DNA of 64,000 bases from Octopus vulgaris (GCA_951406725.2 OX597815.1:203918001-203982000); one strand, 5' to 3'. Positions 1 to 13,039 are shown, numbered from the stretch's first letter. The notes: generated by a model from the sequence alone, not told the origin. A program made the numbers and translations.

Positions 1-352
1 CATAGCGAAGTTAATTCATTTTATGGTGGTTCTGATGGGTCAGTTAAAACGGGGGGAGTGGAAAAGAACCTAAATTTACACTAAAGTTTAGTGTATAAAT
101 TTTTAATTCGCCGGCGCAATTTAAAGACATTAATTGATGGCAAATCAGTTAGCGTCGTCTTGCGTCTATTTGCTGTACTATATTTGTCAAACGTATTAAA
201 AGGGGTGTAAAGTATATTTGTTTTTGTATGATTTCGGCAAGGCTTGTTTTTCGACATTTGTTTTATAATTTTTTAGAGGACAGCTCGGCGGGCCGGATTA
301 AAAACCTTGGCGGGCCGAATCCGGCCCGCGGGCCGTACTTTGGAGACCCCTG
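1..352. mobile_element. Right end of a hAT (Charlie-like) DNA transposon/MITE
   Basis: Ends GGCCCGCGGGCCGTACTTTGGAGACCCCTG (rc CAGGGGTCTCCAAAGTACGGCCCGCGGGCC, Charlie/MER-type TIR with GGCCCG subterminal repeats), followed by the 8-mer CTCTAGAC matching the NTCTAGAN Charlie target consensus. Left end is outside the window. Confidence 0.75.
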
Positions 353-523
353 CTCTAGACCATGAACATTTCTCTAGACCATGAACATTTCTCTAGACCA
401 TGAACATTTCTCTAGACCGTGATCATTTCTCTAGACCATGAACAGTTCTCTAGACCATGAACATTTCTCTAGACCATGAACATTTCTCTAGACCATGAAC
501 ATTTCTCTAGACCATGAACATTT
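353..523 (+). repeat. Minisatellite, 9 x 19 bp (CTCTAGACCATGAACATTT)
   Basis: Nine head-to-tail units counted directly; two carry substitutions. Confidence 0.95.
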
Positions 524-575
524 CACCACAGTGTATGATTCTTACTTTGACTCTATTTTCCTTTTATATATACAT

Positions 576-977
576 CTTTACTCTCTTTTACTCTTTTACT
601 TGTTTCAGTCATTTGACTGCGGCCATGCTGGAGCACCGCCTTTAGTCGAGCAAATCGACCCCGGGACTTATTCTTTGTAAGACCAGTACTTATTCTATCG
701 GTCTCTTTTGCCGAACCGCTAAGTGACGGGGACGTAAACACACCAGCATCGGTTGTCAAGCAATGCTAGGAGGACAACCACAGACACACAAACTCATACA
801 CACACACCTATATATATACATATATAATATATACGACAGGCTTCTTTCAGTTTCCGTCTACCAAATCCACTCACAAGGCATTGGTCGGCCCGGGGCTATA
901 GCAGTGGGACTGAACCATGCAGTGGGACTGAACCCGGAACCATGTGGTTGGTTAGCAAGCTACTTACCACACAGCCA
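576..977 (-). mobile_element. tRNA-derived SINE family A (AAAGAGT-tailed), with internal deletion/duplication
   Basis: Minus strand GGCTGTGTGGTAAG...GGTTCAGTCCC (A/B-box-like), central microsatellite, tail (TAAAAGAG)n; about 10 related copies in the window. Confidence 0.85.
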
Positions 978-1093
978 GATTTTTACGTTTTAAAATCTGT
1001 AATAATGTCATTCAGTGTCTGAGATGAGAAAATATAAACAAGGTAATTAATTTTAGCTTTCGTGATCAAAACTATTTTAATATTTACTAAAGT

Positions 1094-1402
1094 GGCTAGC
1101 CGGTAGAGGTCAGGCAAAATGCTTGGCGGCATTTCGTCCTTCTTTACGTTCTTGTTCAAATTCCGCCGAGGTCAACTTTGCCTTTCATCCTTTCGGGGTC
1201 GATGAAACTAGTACTAGTTGCGCAATGGAACTAGCCTCTCCTCCACCAAAAAATATTCAGGATTTGTGCCTATCGTAGAAAGGAATATTTACTAAATATA
1301 AGGCGCTGAGCTAGCAGAATCGTTAGAACGCTGGACAAAATGCTTACCGGTATTTCGTCTGTCATTACTCTCTCTTATTTCCGCCGAGATTGACTGTGCC
1401 TT
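1094..1402 (+). mobile_element. Two diverged/truncated SINE family B copies
   Basis: GAGTTCAAATTCCGCCGAGGTCGACTTTGCCTTTCATCCTTTCGGGGTCGAT-like core shared with 5700-5932 and 17553-17772. Confidence 0.75.
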
Positions 1403-1569
1403 CCATCCATCCATCCATCCATACATACATACATACATACATACATACATACATACATACATACATACATACATACATACATACATACATACATGCATAC
1501 ATACATACATACATACATACATACATACATACATACATACATGCATACATACATACATACATACATACA

Positions 1570-1598
<29 letters not shown>
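1402..1598. repeat. (CCAT)n/(CATA)n microsatellite
   Basis: Directly visible; source of the MYVC/HTYI pseudo-ORFs. Confidence 0.95.
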
Positions 1599-1600
<2 letters not shown>

Positions 1601-1861
1601 CTAGCGCGCTATTTCTCCATATAAATGAGCCTTCGTCTTACAGACTGAACATTTCTTCTCATGGACTTTTATTGTATAAGTTTTATTCGCCAAACACTGC
1701 TTTTATAATTTCTAATGGCAATGCACTTACTAAATTTGATCGCGTATTTCTTCACTTCTAAAGTGAACTGACAATTCATTGACACACCAAAGTGGCACAA
1801 ATTGATCTCAGATAAAATTATATAATTTACATAAATGCATATGCACACACACACATACACA

Positions 1862-1910
<49 letters not shown>

Positions 1911-2339
1911 TCAGACACACATTTACAAGTCGTGATTCCGTACAGTTTTCGTCTACAGTATATCATTCACACAATATTGCTCAACTCAAGAGTAGAGAAA
2001 GAAACTTGCAATGAAAATATCGCGCGGCACGTTGTGTGTGTTATCTTATATTAATGGATAACCATTGTATAAAATATTAGTTGTGTAGGCGATGTACGTT
2101 TTTGTACCGGATGTCGATTTAGTAAGACTAGGTTTTGTGTTATTTTATTGGGTGTTGATTATGCAGAGTATGCGCTGTGTGGGTTGTGTCGTATTAATGG
2201 ATGGTGATTATATAGAATGTTATCTGTGTAGGTTGAATTACGTTTCTGGGTGGAAGTTATACAGAGTACAGTGTGTTGTATTCGTTGCGCAGGTCGTATG
2301 ATGTGTAAATTCTGCTTTTAAATTGAAAGTATATTGGCT

Positions 2340-2600
2340 ATCAGGTAGCTACTTTTGGAACTATACTAAGAATTGTAAACCTTCGTGGGTTTTTGATATT
2401 TTTGTCTATATATTTCTCTGCAATTCCAATGCTTCAACTATTTTTAGAACTGTTTTCACTTTACTTTTCAAGATCATTTTCTCTTTAAGGAATACTATAC
2501 ATTCTGTCGGTGATCGAGATGTGGTTTCCATTTCTCCCTTTTAAATTTATATTTAGACATTTTGCTATGTTCTCCTCATGAGCTTAGATAGGTAAAACTC
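2340..2600 (-). pseudogene. Possible degenerate PLE GIY-YIG C-terminal remnant
   Basis: Minus translation ...KMILKSKVKTVLKIVEALELQRNI resembles the IL..E....RKI.EA.EI motif; contains stops. Confidence 0.3.
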
Positions 2601-3591
2601 AGATTAGTTTAATCAAATCGTTACCGTGCAATGTGTTCGATACTTGCTTATACTACTAATTCTTAATATTTACGTCGTAGTGTCGGTATAATTACCTCAC
2701 TTGAGCTACCGATTTAAATTAGGTTTCTTTCTTACAGCACCAGTCATGAACCTGTAGTGATTCACTTATTATGAGTTGAATATGTAGCTTATTCATTTTA
2801 AGAAGACGGACATACGTATCCTGCATAGATTAATAAATTCCTGGAATCACAGACACGTTTTTATTATCTGTGTCTGTGTGTATGTGTTTCATAATTATAC
2901 ATACGATTTCCTTTATATTTATGGTCCACAAATACCTTTTAATTATTTTTTCTAAATCATAACATTTTGTTAGATTCTTAAGCATCAGTCAAACGATGTT
3001 CTTATCCAAACCAATTTATATGCTAATAAAGACGACATACTTTCAAATTCCGCCGCGATCGACTTTGCCTTTCATGGCAGTCAAAGCTTAGAACCATGAA
3101 AACACATTTTTACATTAAAGCACATTGTTTATACGCCAGAAAGACATTTGAGTGAATAAGAATTTTAGTTAACCTTATACCTATGAGTTTCACTATTAAT
3201 GACCAAAGAAATCAATTATAAGACAATTAATTGATTAGTTAATGATGCCATTTTTAACGTGTAAGAAATCCAGGTGGTGGTTGTCTCTCCCTGTATGTTT
3301 CATACACTTTCATATTTAAATATATTTATGTCTTCTGTCTGTTATTACGCATGCTGGCCACTGGTAAAAAATTATTTAATAATTTTTACCCTTGTATTTA
3401 TAAAGTTAAATATTTCAATTCTTCGGCCGGATAGTATACGTTTGAATTTATTCACTGCTATACTACTCTGGTTTCGCACGTTGATTTGAGGGCATTCGTG
3501 GTGAATCTTAGATGTATGAACATGGAACTGAATGGGTACATGTTTACTTTGTGTTTTCAATACGTATTGTAGTCTCATAGTTATACATTTC

Positions 3592-3974
3592 GTGGAGGCG
3601 CAATGGCCCAGTGGTTAGGCAGCGGACTCGCGGTCGTAGGATCGCGGTTTCGATTCCCAGACCGGGCGTTGTGAGTGTTTATTGAGCGAAAACACCTAAA
3701 GCTCCACGAGGCTCCGGCAGGGGATGGTGGTGATCCCTGCTGTACTCTTTCACCACAACTTTCTCTCACTCTTACTTCCTGTTTCTGTTGTACCTGTATT
3801 TCAAAGGGCCGGCCTTGTCACTCTCTGTGTCACGCTGAATATCCCCGAGAACTACGTTAAGGGTACACGTGTCTGTGGAGTGCTCAGCCACTTACACGTT
3901 AATTTCACGAGCAGGCTGTTCCGTTGATCGGATCAACCGGAACCCTCGTCGTCGTAACCGACGGAGCGCTTTCC
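3592..3974 (+). mobile_element. tRNA-derived SINE family C, full length, TSD TTATACATTTC
   Basis: GTGGAGGCGCAATGGCCCAGTGGTTAGG...GGTTTCGATTCCC tRNA-like head; 11-bp TSD at 3581-3591 and 3975-3985. Confidence 0.92.
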
Positions 3975-3990
3975 TTATACATTTCATAGT

Positions 3991-4088
3991 GACCTTACTA
4001 ACGACCTACGGATGATTAACTAATCAATTAATTATCTTATTAGTTGATTTATTTTGTCATTAACTGTGAAACTCATGGGTATATGGTT
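3991..4088 (+). ncRNA. Degenerate type-I hammerhead ribozyme
   Basis: GACCTTA-CTAACGA-[long stem II]-GAAAC-TCATGG-GTA-TATGGTT; the inverted arm reads TAAGGTT, which restores stem I; G5 is mutated. Confidence 0.5.
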
Positions 4089-5010
4089 AACTAATATTTT
4101 TATTCACTCAAATGTCTTTCTGGCGTACAAACAATGTGCTTTAATGTAAGAATGGTGCAATGAATGCGCCTTGGCGCAAAATAACTGTCGGTGCACAATG
4201 TCCTTATCATCACCATCTCTACCATATCTTCCAACAAGAAAATACTCTATAGTTGTTACCAACAACAACTACACATCATCTCCGATGGTATGCATAGCTA
4301 AAATCATTAACCTGCTGATGCTATCAATTGGAAGCAACTTTCGAAACTAGCTCTTCAGGCACAGATGTACCGCTCCGCAGGATTATCTGTGATACCCATT
4401 GAACGGGAAAATGCTCGGGGATTCCCTTCGGGTTCGATTCGATAAAAGGTATTCGTTAGGTAATTTAATTGACCTAACCAGCAAGTGATTAACATTTCCA
4501 CAAATATTTGTATCCTTAACGTAATTCTCACGCAGTCAGAGTGACATAATTTGTCACAAGACTGTATATTTGAATTTCAGATACAATCATACGACAATCT
4601 TACGAACGGTTTCCGTCCACCCAATTTCACTCCTAAGCTAGATATGGAACCCGAACTATAGAAAATGACATTTATCAATAATACAATGCAGTGGGATCAA
4701 ATCCAGAAGCTTTTGGTTGCGAAGGGATCTCCTTAAGTATTAGGCCATGATATTGGAAAATTTTCTCAAGAGTGCTTTTTCATGAAGTGCACACAGCTGA
4801 GTACTGGTTAAGAGATCTTTGCCTTCTTCCCTTAACAAAGTATTATTATTAAAACAAATGATGTTTTCCAATCTCATTATCAGTGTAATATTTCAGTTAA
4901 ATTTAAATTAATTTGGTGCCACTACGTCAAGAAGAATAACTCATATTCACACACACGTATATACATATACACACTCACGTATACGAGCGTACAACACACA
5001 CGCGTACACA

Positions 5011-5397
5011 TGGAAGCATTCCGTCGGTTACGACGACGAGGGTTCCGGTTGATCCGAATCAAACGGAACAGCCTGCTCGTGAAATTAACGTGTAAGTGGC
5101 TGAGCACTCCACAGACACGTGTACCCTTAACGCAGTTCTCGGGGATATTCAGTGTGACACAGAGAGTGACAAGGCCGGCCCTTTGAAATAGAGGTACAAC
5201 AGAAACAGGAAGTAAGAGTGAGAGAGAGTTGTGGTGAAAGAGTACAGCAGGGATCACCACCACCCCCTGCCGGAGCCTCGAGGAGCTTTCGGTGTTTTCG
5301 CTCAATAAACACTCACAACGCCCGGTCTGGGAATCGAAACCGCGATCCTACGACCGCGAGTCCGCTGCCCTAACCACTGGGCCATTGCGCCTCCACA
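5011..5397 (-). mobile_element. SINE family C, full length, TSD ~CGTACACAT
   Basis: Near-identical reverse complement of 3592-3974. Confidence 0.92.
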
Positions 5398-5699
5398 CGT
5401 ACACATATCTGTGTGTGTATGAGTGATATTTTACAAAACTGATCATACTTCCATTCTGTTTGCTTATTCATGTTATTTATTTTTTCACTTTCTCTTATAC
5501 TTGAATTTCTGTGCAACCATTTATTTTGTTATTTCATTCTCCTTTGAAGCCATGCCCTACCTGACACATTGTAGAAAACTGTTTAAGCTAATTGTGTAAT
5601 TTATTCAATGTGTTTCTTTTATACAAGAATCATGAACTTAAGTATTTCTTAGGAAGACTAGAAGCCCCTGTTGTGTATCTTACTATTTTCAAACATTAT

Positions 5700-5932
5700 A
5701 TATTTCTTTACTACCCACAAGGGGCTAAACACAGAGGGGACAAACAAGGACAGACAAACGGATTAAGTCGATTACATCGATCCCAGTGCATAACTGGTAC
5801 TTAATTTATCGACCCCGAAAGGATGAAAGGCAAAGTCGACCTCGACAGAATTTGAGCTCAGAACGTAACGGCAGACGAAATACGGCTACGCATTTCGCCC
5901 GGCGTGCTAACGTTTCTGCCAGCTCGCCGCCT
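5700..5932 (-). mobile_element. tRNA-derived SINE family B, full length
   Basis: GGCGGCGAGCTGGCAGAAACGTTAG head; CCTTTCATCCTTTCGGGGTCGATAAATTAAGTACCAG central domain (Meta-domain-like, from memory); imperfect TSD TTCAA(A/G)CATTA. Confidence 0.88.
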
Positions 5933-7166
5933 TTCAAGCATTACAATTTACTTTCCATGTACTTCAGGACAGTGAAGTGGTTCTCGTAAATGTAGAGTTC
6001 AGAAAGGGTTATGAAAGTTCATTCAAAACATGTACAATGACATATTTGAAAATGAGATCTTTTTGTTTTCTTGGGAAGTAAAATGATACCATATTCCCTT
6101 ATATATCGAGTTGCTTTCAGAACAATTTTAGGATCGGTTAATATAAACACTAAATATATGGGAAGCTATTATTAAGTCCGTTGCCTGAGATAACAAGAAT
6201 TTAGGATTTCCGAATAAAATTCATGAGCATTTAAAACACAGCGTGATATTTACAAAGATTTATGACTCATTCCTTTAGTATTTGCAGCTTTGAATTTCAC
6301 AAATGTATTTGGAATTCAATAAGACTGTTCCTTATATTTTCTTTATTATTGAAACTCCTGTTATGTCCTATTGTCTGTTGCTATTTCCGTTTTGTCAGTT
6401 TTCATTATATCAGTATTGTTCTTTACAATACATCCGCTTCTCTTTATTTGCTTGAGTTAATCTTTACTTTACATTTTTGTTTGATAACTGCATTCAGCGG
6501 CGTACAATGTTATATAATCTTTCGTCTAAACTTAAACCACTAATTGTTATACAAGAGTAGCATTTCCTTATTTTATTATCAGTCACAGGAACCCTGCATG
6601 ACCTAAAATGCTTCTTTAGGAATAAATTAGCGACAGTGAATAAAGGGAGTTTTTTTCGGGTCACACCTTTAACGCCAACGTTATCTCAAAAGGTTTCACA
6701 TTATTTGGATTTACCCCGAAGAGTCAAAAAGTATGTAAATAACGGTAAATTGGAACGGAAAAAGAAAAGCTTTTGATTGAATGAAAACTATGTTCAGTAT
6801 TTATCGAGTAAGAACGGGATCAAACACCGTCAGTGCTGATGTTCAGACAAACTATAGTACAGTACGTGGTATGGAAATATGTCAATAAATCTGGACCTTT
6901 TTCCCCTCCTGTAAGATACCTAAAGATTTTTTACCTCTTCCTATATGTCTGCAAAAGAACTTCTAGTACGTAGTGACATCTACGTGACCTACCACAAAAC
7001 TGGATTCAAAATAAATTAATCACCTCATGAGGAAATATTTAGAGATACAATTCATAAGGCATATCTATCTATCTGTCTATTTATCTATCTATCTATCTCT
7101 ATATATGTGTATACAACACACACGCACGCACACACACACACGCGCGCGCGCATACACAGATATACA

Positions 7167-7365
7167 TGTGTCATCCATGTTTTTAACCGTTACTGTCTCC
7201 AAAAAAGATTTTTCGTTTCTTGTCTTATCACCGAAAAGGTAATTATTTTTCCACGCTTGCTGATATTGTTTTTGTGTCTCTCTTTTTGTCTCAAAGCCGT
7301 AGGGCGCCTGTGTCATCCATGTTTTTAACCGTTACTGTCTCCAAAAAAGATTTTTCGTTTCTTGT
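7167..7365 (+). repeat. ~57 bp direct duplication
   Basis: TGTGTCATCCATGTTTTTAACCGTTACTGTCTCCAAAAAAGATTTTTCGTTTCTTGT at ~7167 and ~7310. Confidence 0.9.
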
Positions 7366-7828
7366 TTGTCTCTGTTGCGTTGCATTCTTTCATTCTGTGG
7401 CTGGCTGATTCGGAGCGGATCTCAGAATTAAACAGCCGAAATCTGCGATGAGGGATCAGTTTCTGACTGAAGAATGAAGGCTTTGAATGACCCGTTTGTC
7501 TTTTTGTTCGTCCCTTCGTGTATTTCACGTTATTTATTTATGTAAAGGTTTATTATATATATGGATAGATAGATAGATGTAAATTCAATTTTGGGGGATT
7601 AATCGATATTTGGGTATTCTATTTCAGATAATGCAAAAATATCCTAATAAGTATATCTGACAATAAACTCATGGTATCAGTTTGCACATCACGAAATATT
7701 ACTTAAAGGATATAACCAACATTTCCAGCAGGGTATATAATATACTTCATTAATTATATCATACTTTAGTTAATACTTATATTTATTATATATGAAGGAA
7801 CTACATTTGTATTGGAAGATTACAATAG

Positions 7829-8040
7829 TCTGTGTTTGTCCTCCCACCACCAAAATTGCTTGACAACCGATGCTGGTGTGTTTACATCCCCGTAACTTAG
7901 CGGTTCGGCAGAAGAGACCGATAGAATAAGTACTAGGCTTACAAAGAATAAGTCCTGGGGTCAATTTGCTCGACTAAAGGTGGTGCACCAGCATGGCCGC
8001 AGTCAAATGACTGGAATGAGCAAAAGAGTAAAAGAGTAAA
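7829..8040 (+). mobile_element. SINE family A, 3' half
   Basis: TTGACAACCGATGCTGG...AAAAGAGTAAAAGAGT tail. Confidence 0.85.
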
Positions 8041-8254
8041 TTTATGAGGATATAAACAAAATTTAGTTGAACTTTGGCTTGCAGTAAAACTTCCGCCGCA
8101 GAAGGTTCTATTTTGACAACACTGCCTCTCATTAAGCGGTGTAAGTTAAAGACTGTGGTGTGTCTAGCAGTTTACGGCAGTTAGTTACGTAAATACCGTT
8201 ATCAGACTGCCCATAATGTAATCTGTGAGTTTATGCGTCAATGTGTATGTATGC

Positions 8255-8288
<34 letters not shown>

Positions 8289-8322
8289 TTCTAATATACA
8301 AAATATACATATAAGTGCATGC

Positions 8323-8353
<31 letters not shown>

Positions 8354-8356
<3 letters not shown>

Positions 8357-8611
8357 ATATATATAAACGGCAGTTTGTCTGTGTGTGTGTCTGTGTGTCT
8401 GTCAGGTTGTACCCTCACCCTGACCACGGCTTTCGATAAATTCGACATGGGGTCGAGAATCAGAAACACAAACCACAGACTGTCTAGGGGACGCAACTCG
8501 ACCTTTTTAACTCTCAAAAAATTTTTTTCCCATTTTTTGGCTATAACTCTCTAAAAATGCTTTATAGTTATTTCCCTTACAAACCCGAGCAACGCCGGGC
8601 GATACTGCTAG
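8354..8611 (+). mobile_element. Non-autonomous Helitron
   Basis: 5' TC(TATATATA), 3' hairpin CCCGAGCAACGCCGGG then CTAG, inserted between A and T; 3' end shared with 47843-48242. Confidence 0.85.
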
Positions 8612-8620
8612 TATATATAT

Positions 8621-9116
8621 ATAATCAGAAAATGGAGAAAACCTCAGATCTTCAGATTAACAAACACATATGTTGGATCACATTTATAGCTTCTTTTTTT
8701 TTAATACAAAGCACGAGATAACAGATAGATGACGCAACAAATCTTACGGCCGTTTCCGCATCCGCTGCCTAACGCTGCCTATAAATAATTGCGGAAATAA
8801 AATTCTTCATCTTCATAGGACATTCGAATTAAGGCACGGAGCTTCATTACAGTAAAAACCAGGGACATCCAATATAAAAAATTTATATTGGATGCTCCTG
8901 TTTTTACTCATGAAGCTCCATGCCTTAATTCTAATGTCCTATGAAGATGAAAAATGTTATTTTCGCAATTAGCGTTAGGCGACGGATGCGGAAACGGCCG
9001 TAAGATTTGTTACGTCACCTATTTGTTAAGTCATGCTCTGTATAAAAAAAAATAAGCTATAAATGTGTTCAATCGATGTGTCTGTTAATCTGAGCTTTTC
9101 TCCATTTCCTGATTAT
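8621..9116. mobile_element. ~500 bp diverged fold-back palindrome, PLE-like
   Basis: Arms are reverse-complementary about ~8879; both carry ATGAAGA...GAAAC-GGCC-GTA (hammerhead-like, degenerate). Confidence 0.65.
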
Positions 9117-10129
9117 TGGTATTTAGTTCCGGATAAACTTTTGTTTATCCTGTTGTTACCGGCACTCTACGTGCATAGTGTACCTGCACACCAATGAGAG
9201 AGAGGGAAAGAGAGAGATATTCAGTTAGGGTATTGAAATACCACTTGCCATATTTGGAGCCATTGCTCCTAAATCACCAGTATATATATGTGTGTGTGAG
9301 TGTGAGAGTGTGTGTGCGTATGTGTGTGTGTGCGCGTGTGTGTGTGTATGTATATATATACACACACACACTCACATATGTGTTCATATATGTATGTATA
9401 TGCATAGTGTATGTATGTATACGTATAGTGTATATATGTGTTTGCTTATATATATATATACTTCGCGTAGAATCACTTGCTTTTGGTTTTTTGAGAAGAA
9501 ATAGCGCAGCGGTCAAATTTACCTTTCATTCTACTTAGTAAACTAAGTATATACGAAGAATATATGAAGGTCATTTTAAAATCAACTATAGCGATCTCTT
9601 CCAACATTAGAAATTATATTTCATGAACGAAAATAGAATTTCGAAAAAGTATTTTCAATAAAACTCAATATCAAATTTAATTTAAACCTAAATAGAATGA
9701 TATATATTTCAGATATGCTTTAGAAGATCCCCGGGAGCAATTCTGTTTATTGCTTTCGTATTATTATTTTTGCTTTACTTATAACTATTACATCTCTTCG
9801 CTTATAACTATTGAAAACGTATGAACGTCATCATTTTCTAGTTTTTCTCTCCTACATATCTGAACCATTCTAATTACAGGAGAGATCAATTTAATCCTGT
9901 TTAGACTTGATTATTTTGTTTTATAACTCATTCATCGCAGTTGCTATAATTACTTCAGCTATTTTCATTATCGTTTTTCTTTCGGTTTTGGTTTACGGTT
10001 CATACGCCCAATTCTCAAACATTATTGTACAGATAGAGATTCGACGTATTCCACCTGCTAGAAATATCAGTAAAATTGCTCTAAAGTCTGCACTATACCG
10101 ACTTTGAAGATCAAAATAAAAAGATATGA

Positions 10130-11500
10130 ACGCTATATCTCTGGAAAACAAAAAAGATTTGGCTGTTCACGGTCAGGAAGGATCTAGTCATATGTCTACT
10201 TAATTGGGAAACTGAGAGAAACTAAAGCTTCATTCCTGGCACATCAGAAACAACTAAATAGACGAAGGAAACCCTCTGTGAAGCATTCACTACGTCACAC
10301 ACTCGTTCAAATCTCATAGACTCCCAAAAACTTAGCGGTTTTATCCAGCATCGCAAGTCCTGTAAATTCTGCAATATCAACCGGAACGAGACGAGAGCTT
10401 CTGCGCATAGCACATTTTCCAAACTGCAACTGATCATTTTAGCTCCTTACCAACTAAGATTTCTACTTACTTGACGCAAAGCTCTTTTACCCCACTGCTC
10501 ACATACGATGGTTCAGTAATCAGTACTCTTGTTGCGAAAGCTTTCATATTTATCTACTTTGCATCCAACTCCAGGCTGCATACTCAAATGAAATTTCCTA
10601 GAACACTCTGCCTTGTTACTCGACCAAAACGGTCACCCTGACAAGTATGCAAGCACATACATTTGCCAAACCAACGAGGCATCTGGGTCTGGAAGATTTT
10701 CTTTCATTACGGGGTAACTCATATTCTTTTCTAACTCTTCAATATCTCACTCTCGCTCCTAACTGATATATTCCGATCTTCTCTGCCAATTCATTAAATT
10801 TATACAGTGAAAATGAAACATTCTCCAAAGTGTCCCATACATATGGAGAGCAACCTTTCTGCTCCTACCAGCTAACACCCTATCTTAATCACTTAATCCA
10901 TCTCAGTTATGATGAAAAGAGAAAATATTATCGAAAACCATTTGCAACACGTCAAATTCTATTCTCTTTTCAGTGACTAATAAAACGGCCTTGGGAAAAC
11001 CAGGTATATTGGAGACCTAATTTTCTGTTAGACACCAGTGAGTATCTCTCTCTCTCTCTCTTCAGAGATTTAGTAAAAGGGCGTTATTAGACAGCACATC
11101 TGCATAGCATTCTCTTCTGGCATGCGAATCATTTGAAAAATCTGCACCTCTATCTGAACACCATCTATATCTCATTTCTTAGATCGGGAATTTCCTGTCA
11201 AACCACACAATTATGTACTGATGGAGCTCTCACACACATTCTATCAACTCAGATGTGTGATATGATTTTTCTCTATACACACTTTTTCCACTAACTTAAT
11301 GATCTACATACGGTTACCTCTATCAACGCCCACTCTCAGGTAAGTGATAAGTGATTTATCCTTCATTCCTCTAACATTTAGAACCTGTAGCATCATCTAA
11401 TTGTATGGCAGATACCGCATGCCAAGCACGTACCAACCCTTTAAACAGGTGTTTTAAAGCTTAAAAACAACCTCATTTAAGATCACGCCTATTTTGCTTC
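10130..11500 (+). pseudogene. Highly decayed CR1/Jockey-group LINE ORF2 (RT region)
   Basis: Recognisable fragments in order: SSFTPLLTYDGSV..KA, FASNS, ASG.., WKH..V.PI, LFSD.Q.G...R..GDL, DLVKAF-like; many stops and frameshifts. Confidence 0.55.
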
Positions 11501-11509
11501 TTTCAACAG

Positions 11510-13035
11510 CACAAAGAAGTAGGGGCTGCAGATATTAAGGAAATAATGCTTTGATTGATGATCAGCACTGGTATGACTTTTACATTACCCCCTCGCATTC
11601 TAAACAGTTTTTTCCATTTCCACTTTCAGTTTCGAGTACTTGGTGATTTTTTCAACCTATTTACTCACAAAATTCGTACCATTTGGTATGGCTACATCAA
11701 TGATCTGACCGTATTTGTCTCTCTTATTCAATATGACAATATCCGGCCGACGGTGTTTGTTTACACAATCCGTCTGAAAATCAGTCCCAGAATATCGTTA
11801 CTTTTCCATCCTCCTGCATAACTTTACTTGGTACATGCTCATAACAGTTCTCTGTTACTTCATATTCGTATTTATGGCATAAGTGCCAATGAAGATACAC
11901 ACACACACTTTATCGTGGCGGCGTTTGTATTCTTTTTGTGCAAGGCCCTCACATCCACTTACCAAGTGGATCACATTTTCCACACTCTTTCCACATAGTC
12001 TGTATTTCTGGGTGTCAGAAGTTTTATAGATGTTATACTTCACTGAATTAGTAGCAAGAACCTGGTCTTGTGTAGCAATGATCAGACTTTCGGTGGTACG
12101 CTTCAAATCACCTCGTTCAAGCCATGCCCACGATGCTGTATTATGCTTAACGTCTCGTGTATTCCTTCCAAACTCTATGCATTCTCATTTAAGGTTTTCT
12201 TTTCTCTTCTCAGTTCTTTGGTTAAACTCTGCCTTACCCATCATTTCATCTGAATTTACACATATGCATTTACACACATGCGTTTACACCCATATCATAT
12301 TGCAGCAGGTCTTCATCACTATCTATCAAATACGCGGCAAGCGTTCTTCTTTCACTCCTTATACAATAGTCTATACTAATTAGTCCTCTGCCACCACCAT
12401 TTCTTTTCGTATACAATCTGTTTACGTTTGCTTTAGGGTGTAGCGCCCTATGCAGCGTCATCAACTTTCTCGTTCTTCTATCCAGTTTTGTTATTTCCTC
12501 CTTAATCCATTTGAGGATGGATGCACTATATCTGACCACCGCAAATTTCCAGATACTCATTGTAGTAATCAAATTTTTGGCATTCAGGTTGGATTTCAAC
12601 ACCATCTTCATCCTTTTTTGATACGCCTCGCTACCTTGACTTTCATTTCTCTGTGTAGAATGTCAGCCAGCTCCAAAAACCCTAAATATCTATACCCACT
12701 ACCGTCGGGTTCACCCATGGGCTCTCCGGATGGTAACCGCAATCCTCTGCAGACAGCTTTCTTCCCTTTTTTAATATTAAGTACTGAGCATTTGGCGATC
12801 CCAAATGCCATACTGATGTCCCTACTACACTTCTGAACTGTTTCGGTTTAGGACTCTATCTGTTTTTCAGATTTCCCACACAATTTCAGGTCATCTATAA
12901 ACAGAAAATGGTTCAACGATGGGCCTTTCTTCCCACATCGGTAACCCATTTAAACTTTCCTAAGTATCATTGTTATGGGTATTAGAGCAATTAAAAAAGG
13001 TAACGGAGATAACGAGTCACCTCGGAAGATTCCCC
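11510..13035 (-). mobile_element. R4/Dong-clade non-LTR retrotransposon, 5'-truncated, disrupted
   Basis: GIFRGDSLSP, NHFLFIDDLKL, YRYLGFLE, RLY.KR..GGRGL, QDQVLAT..CG...E.V.HL.SGC..LA..EYKRRHD (CCHC+RHD), RRPDIV..D..IP..K restriction-like endonuclease. Confidence 0.88.
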
Positions 13036-13039
13036 ATCA

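Larger units (their letters stand above)
3110..4149. mobile_element. PLE-like remnant with ~135 bp inverted repeats (3110-3243 / 4015-4149), interrupted by a SINE C
   Basis: Arms are diverged reverse complements; the right arm overlaps a degenerate hammerhead. Confidence 0.65.

Noticed and set aside
353-523. CRISPR-like appearance of the 19-bp repeats
   Set aside because: No unique spacers, no cas genes, eukaryotic context.
1292-1761. [12 protein letters not shown] repeat ORFs here and throughout
   Set aside because: Stop-free frames of (CATA)n, (TA)n and (CA)n microsatellites.
3592-3670. tRNA gene calls for SINE heads
   Set aside because: A/B boxes are present but there is no complete cloverleaf; they continue into SINE bodies with TSDs.
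3675-3927. Recurrent conserved small ORFs (MFIERKH..., MVVIPAV...)
   Set aside because: Conservation simply reflects multiple young SINE C copies.
4325-4365. CTGAAGA...GAAA on the minus strand as a hammerhead
   Set aside because: Stem II and stem I are too weak. Isolated CTGATGA/CTGAAGA at ~13415, 20054, 39753, 53906 and 58902 likewise lack supporting stems.
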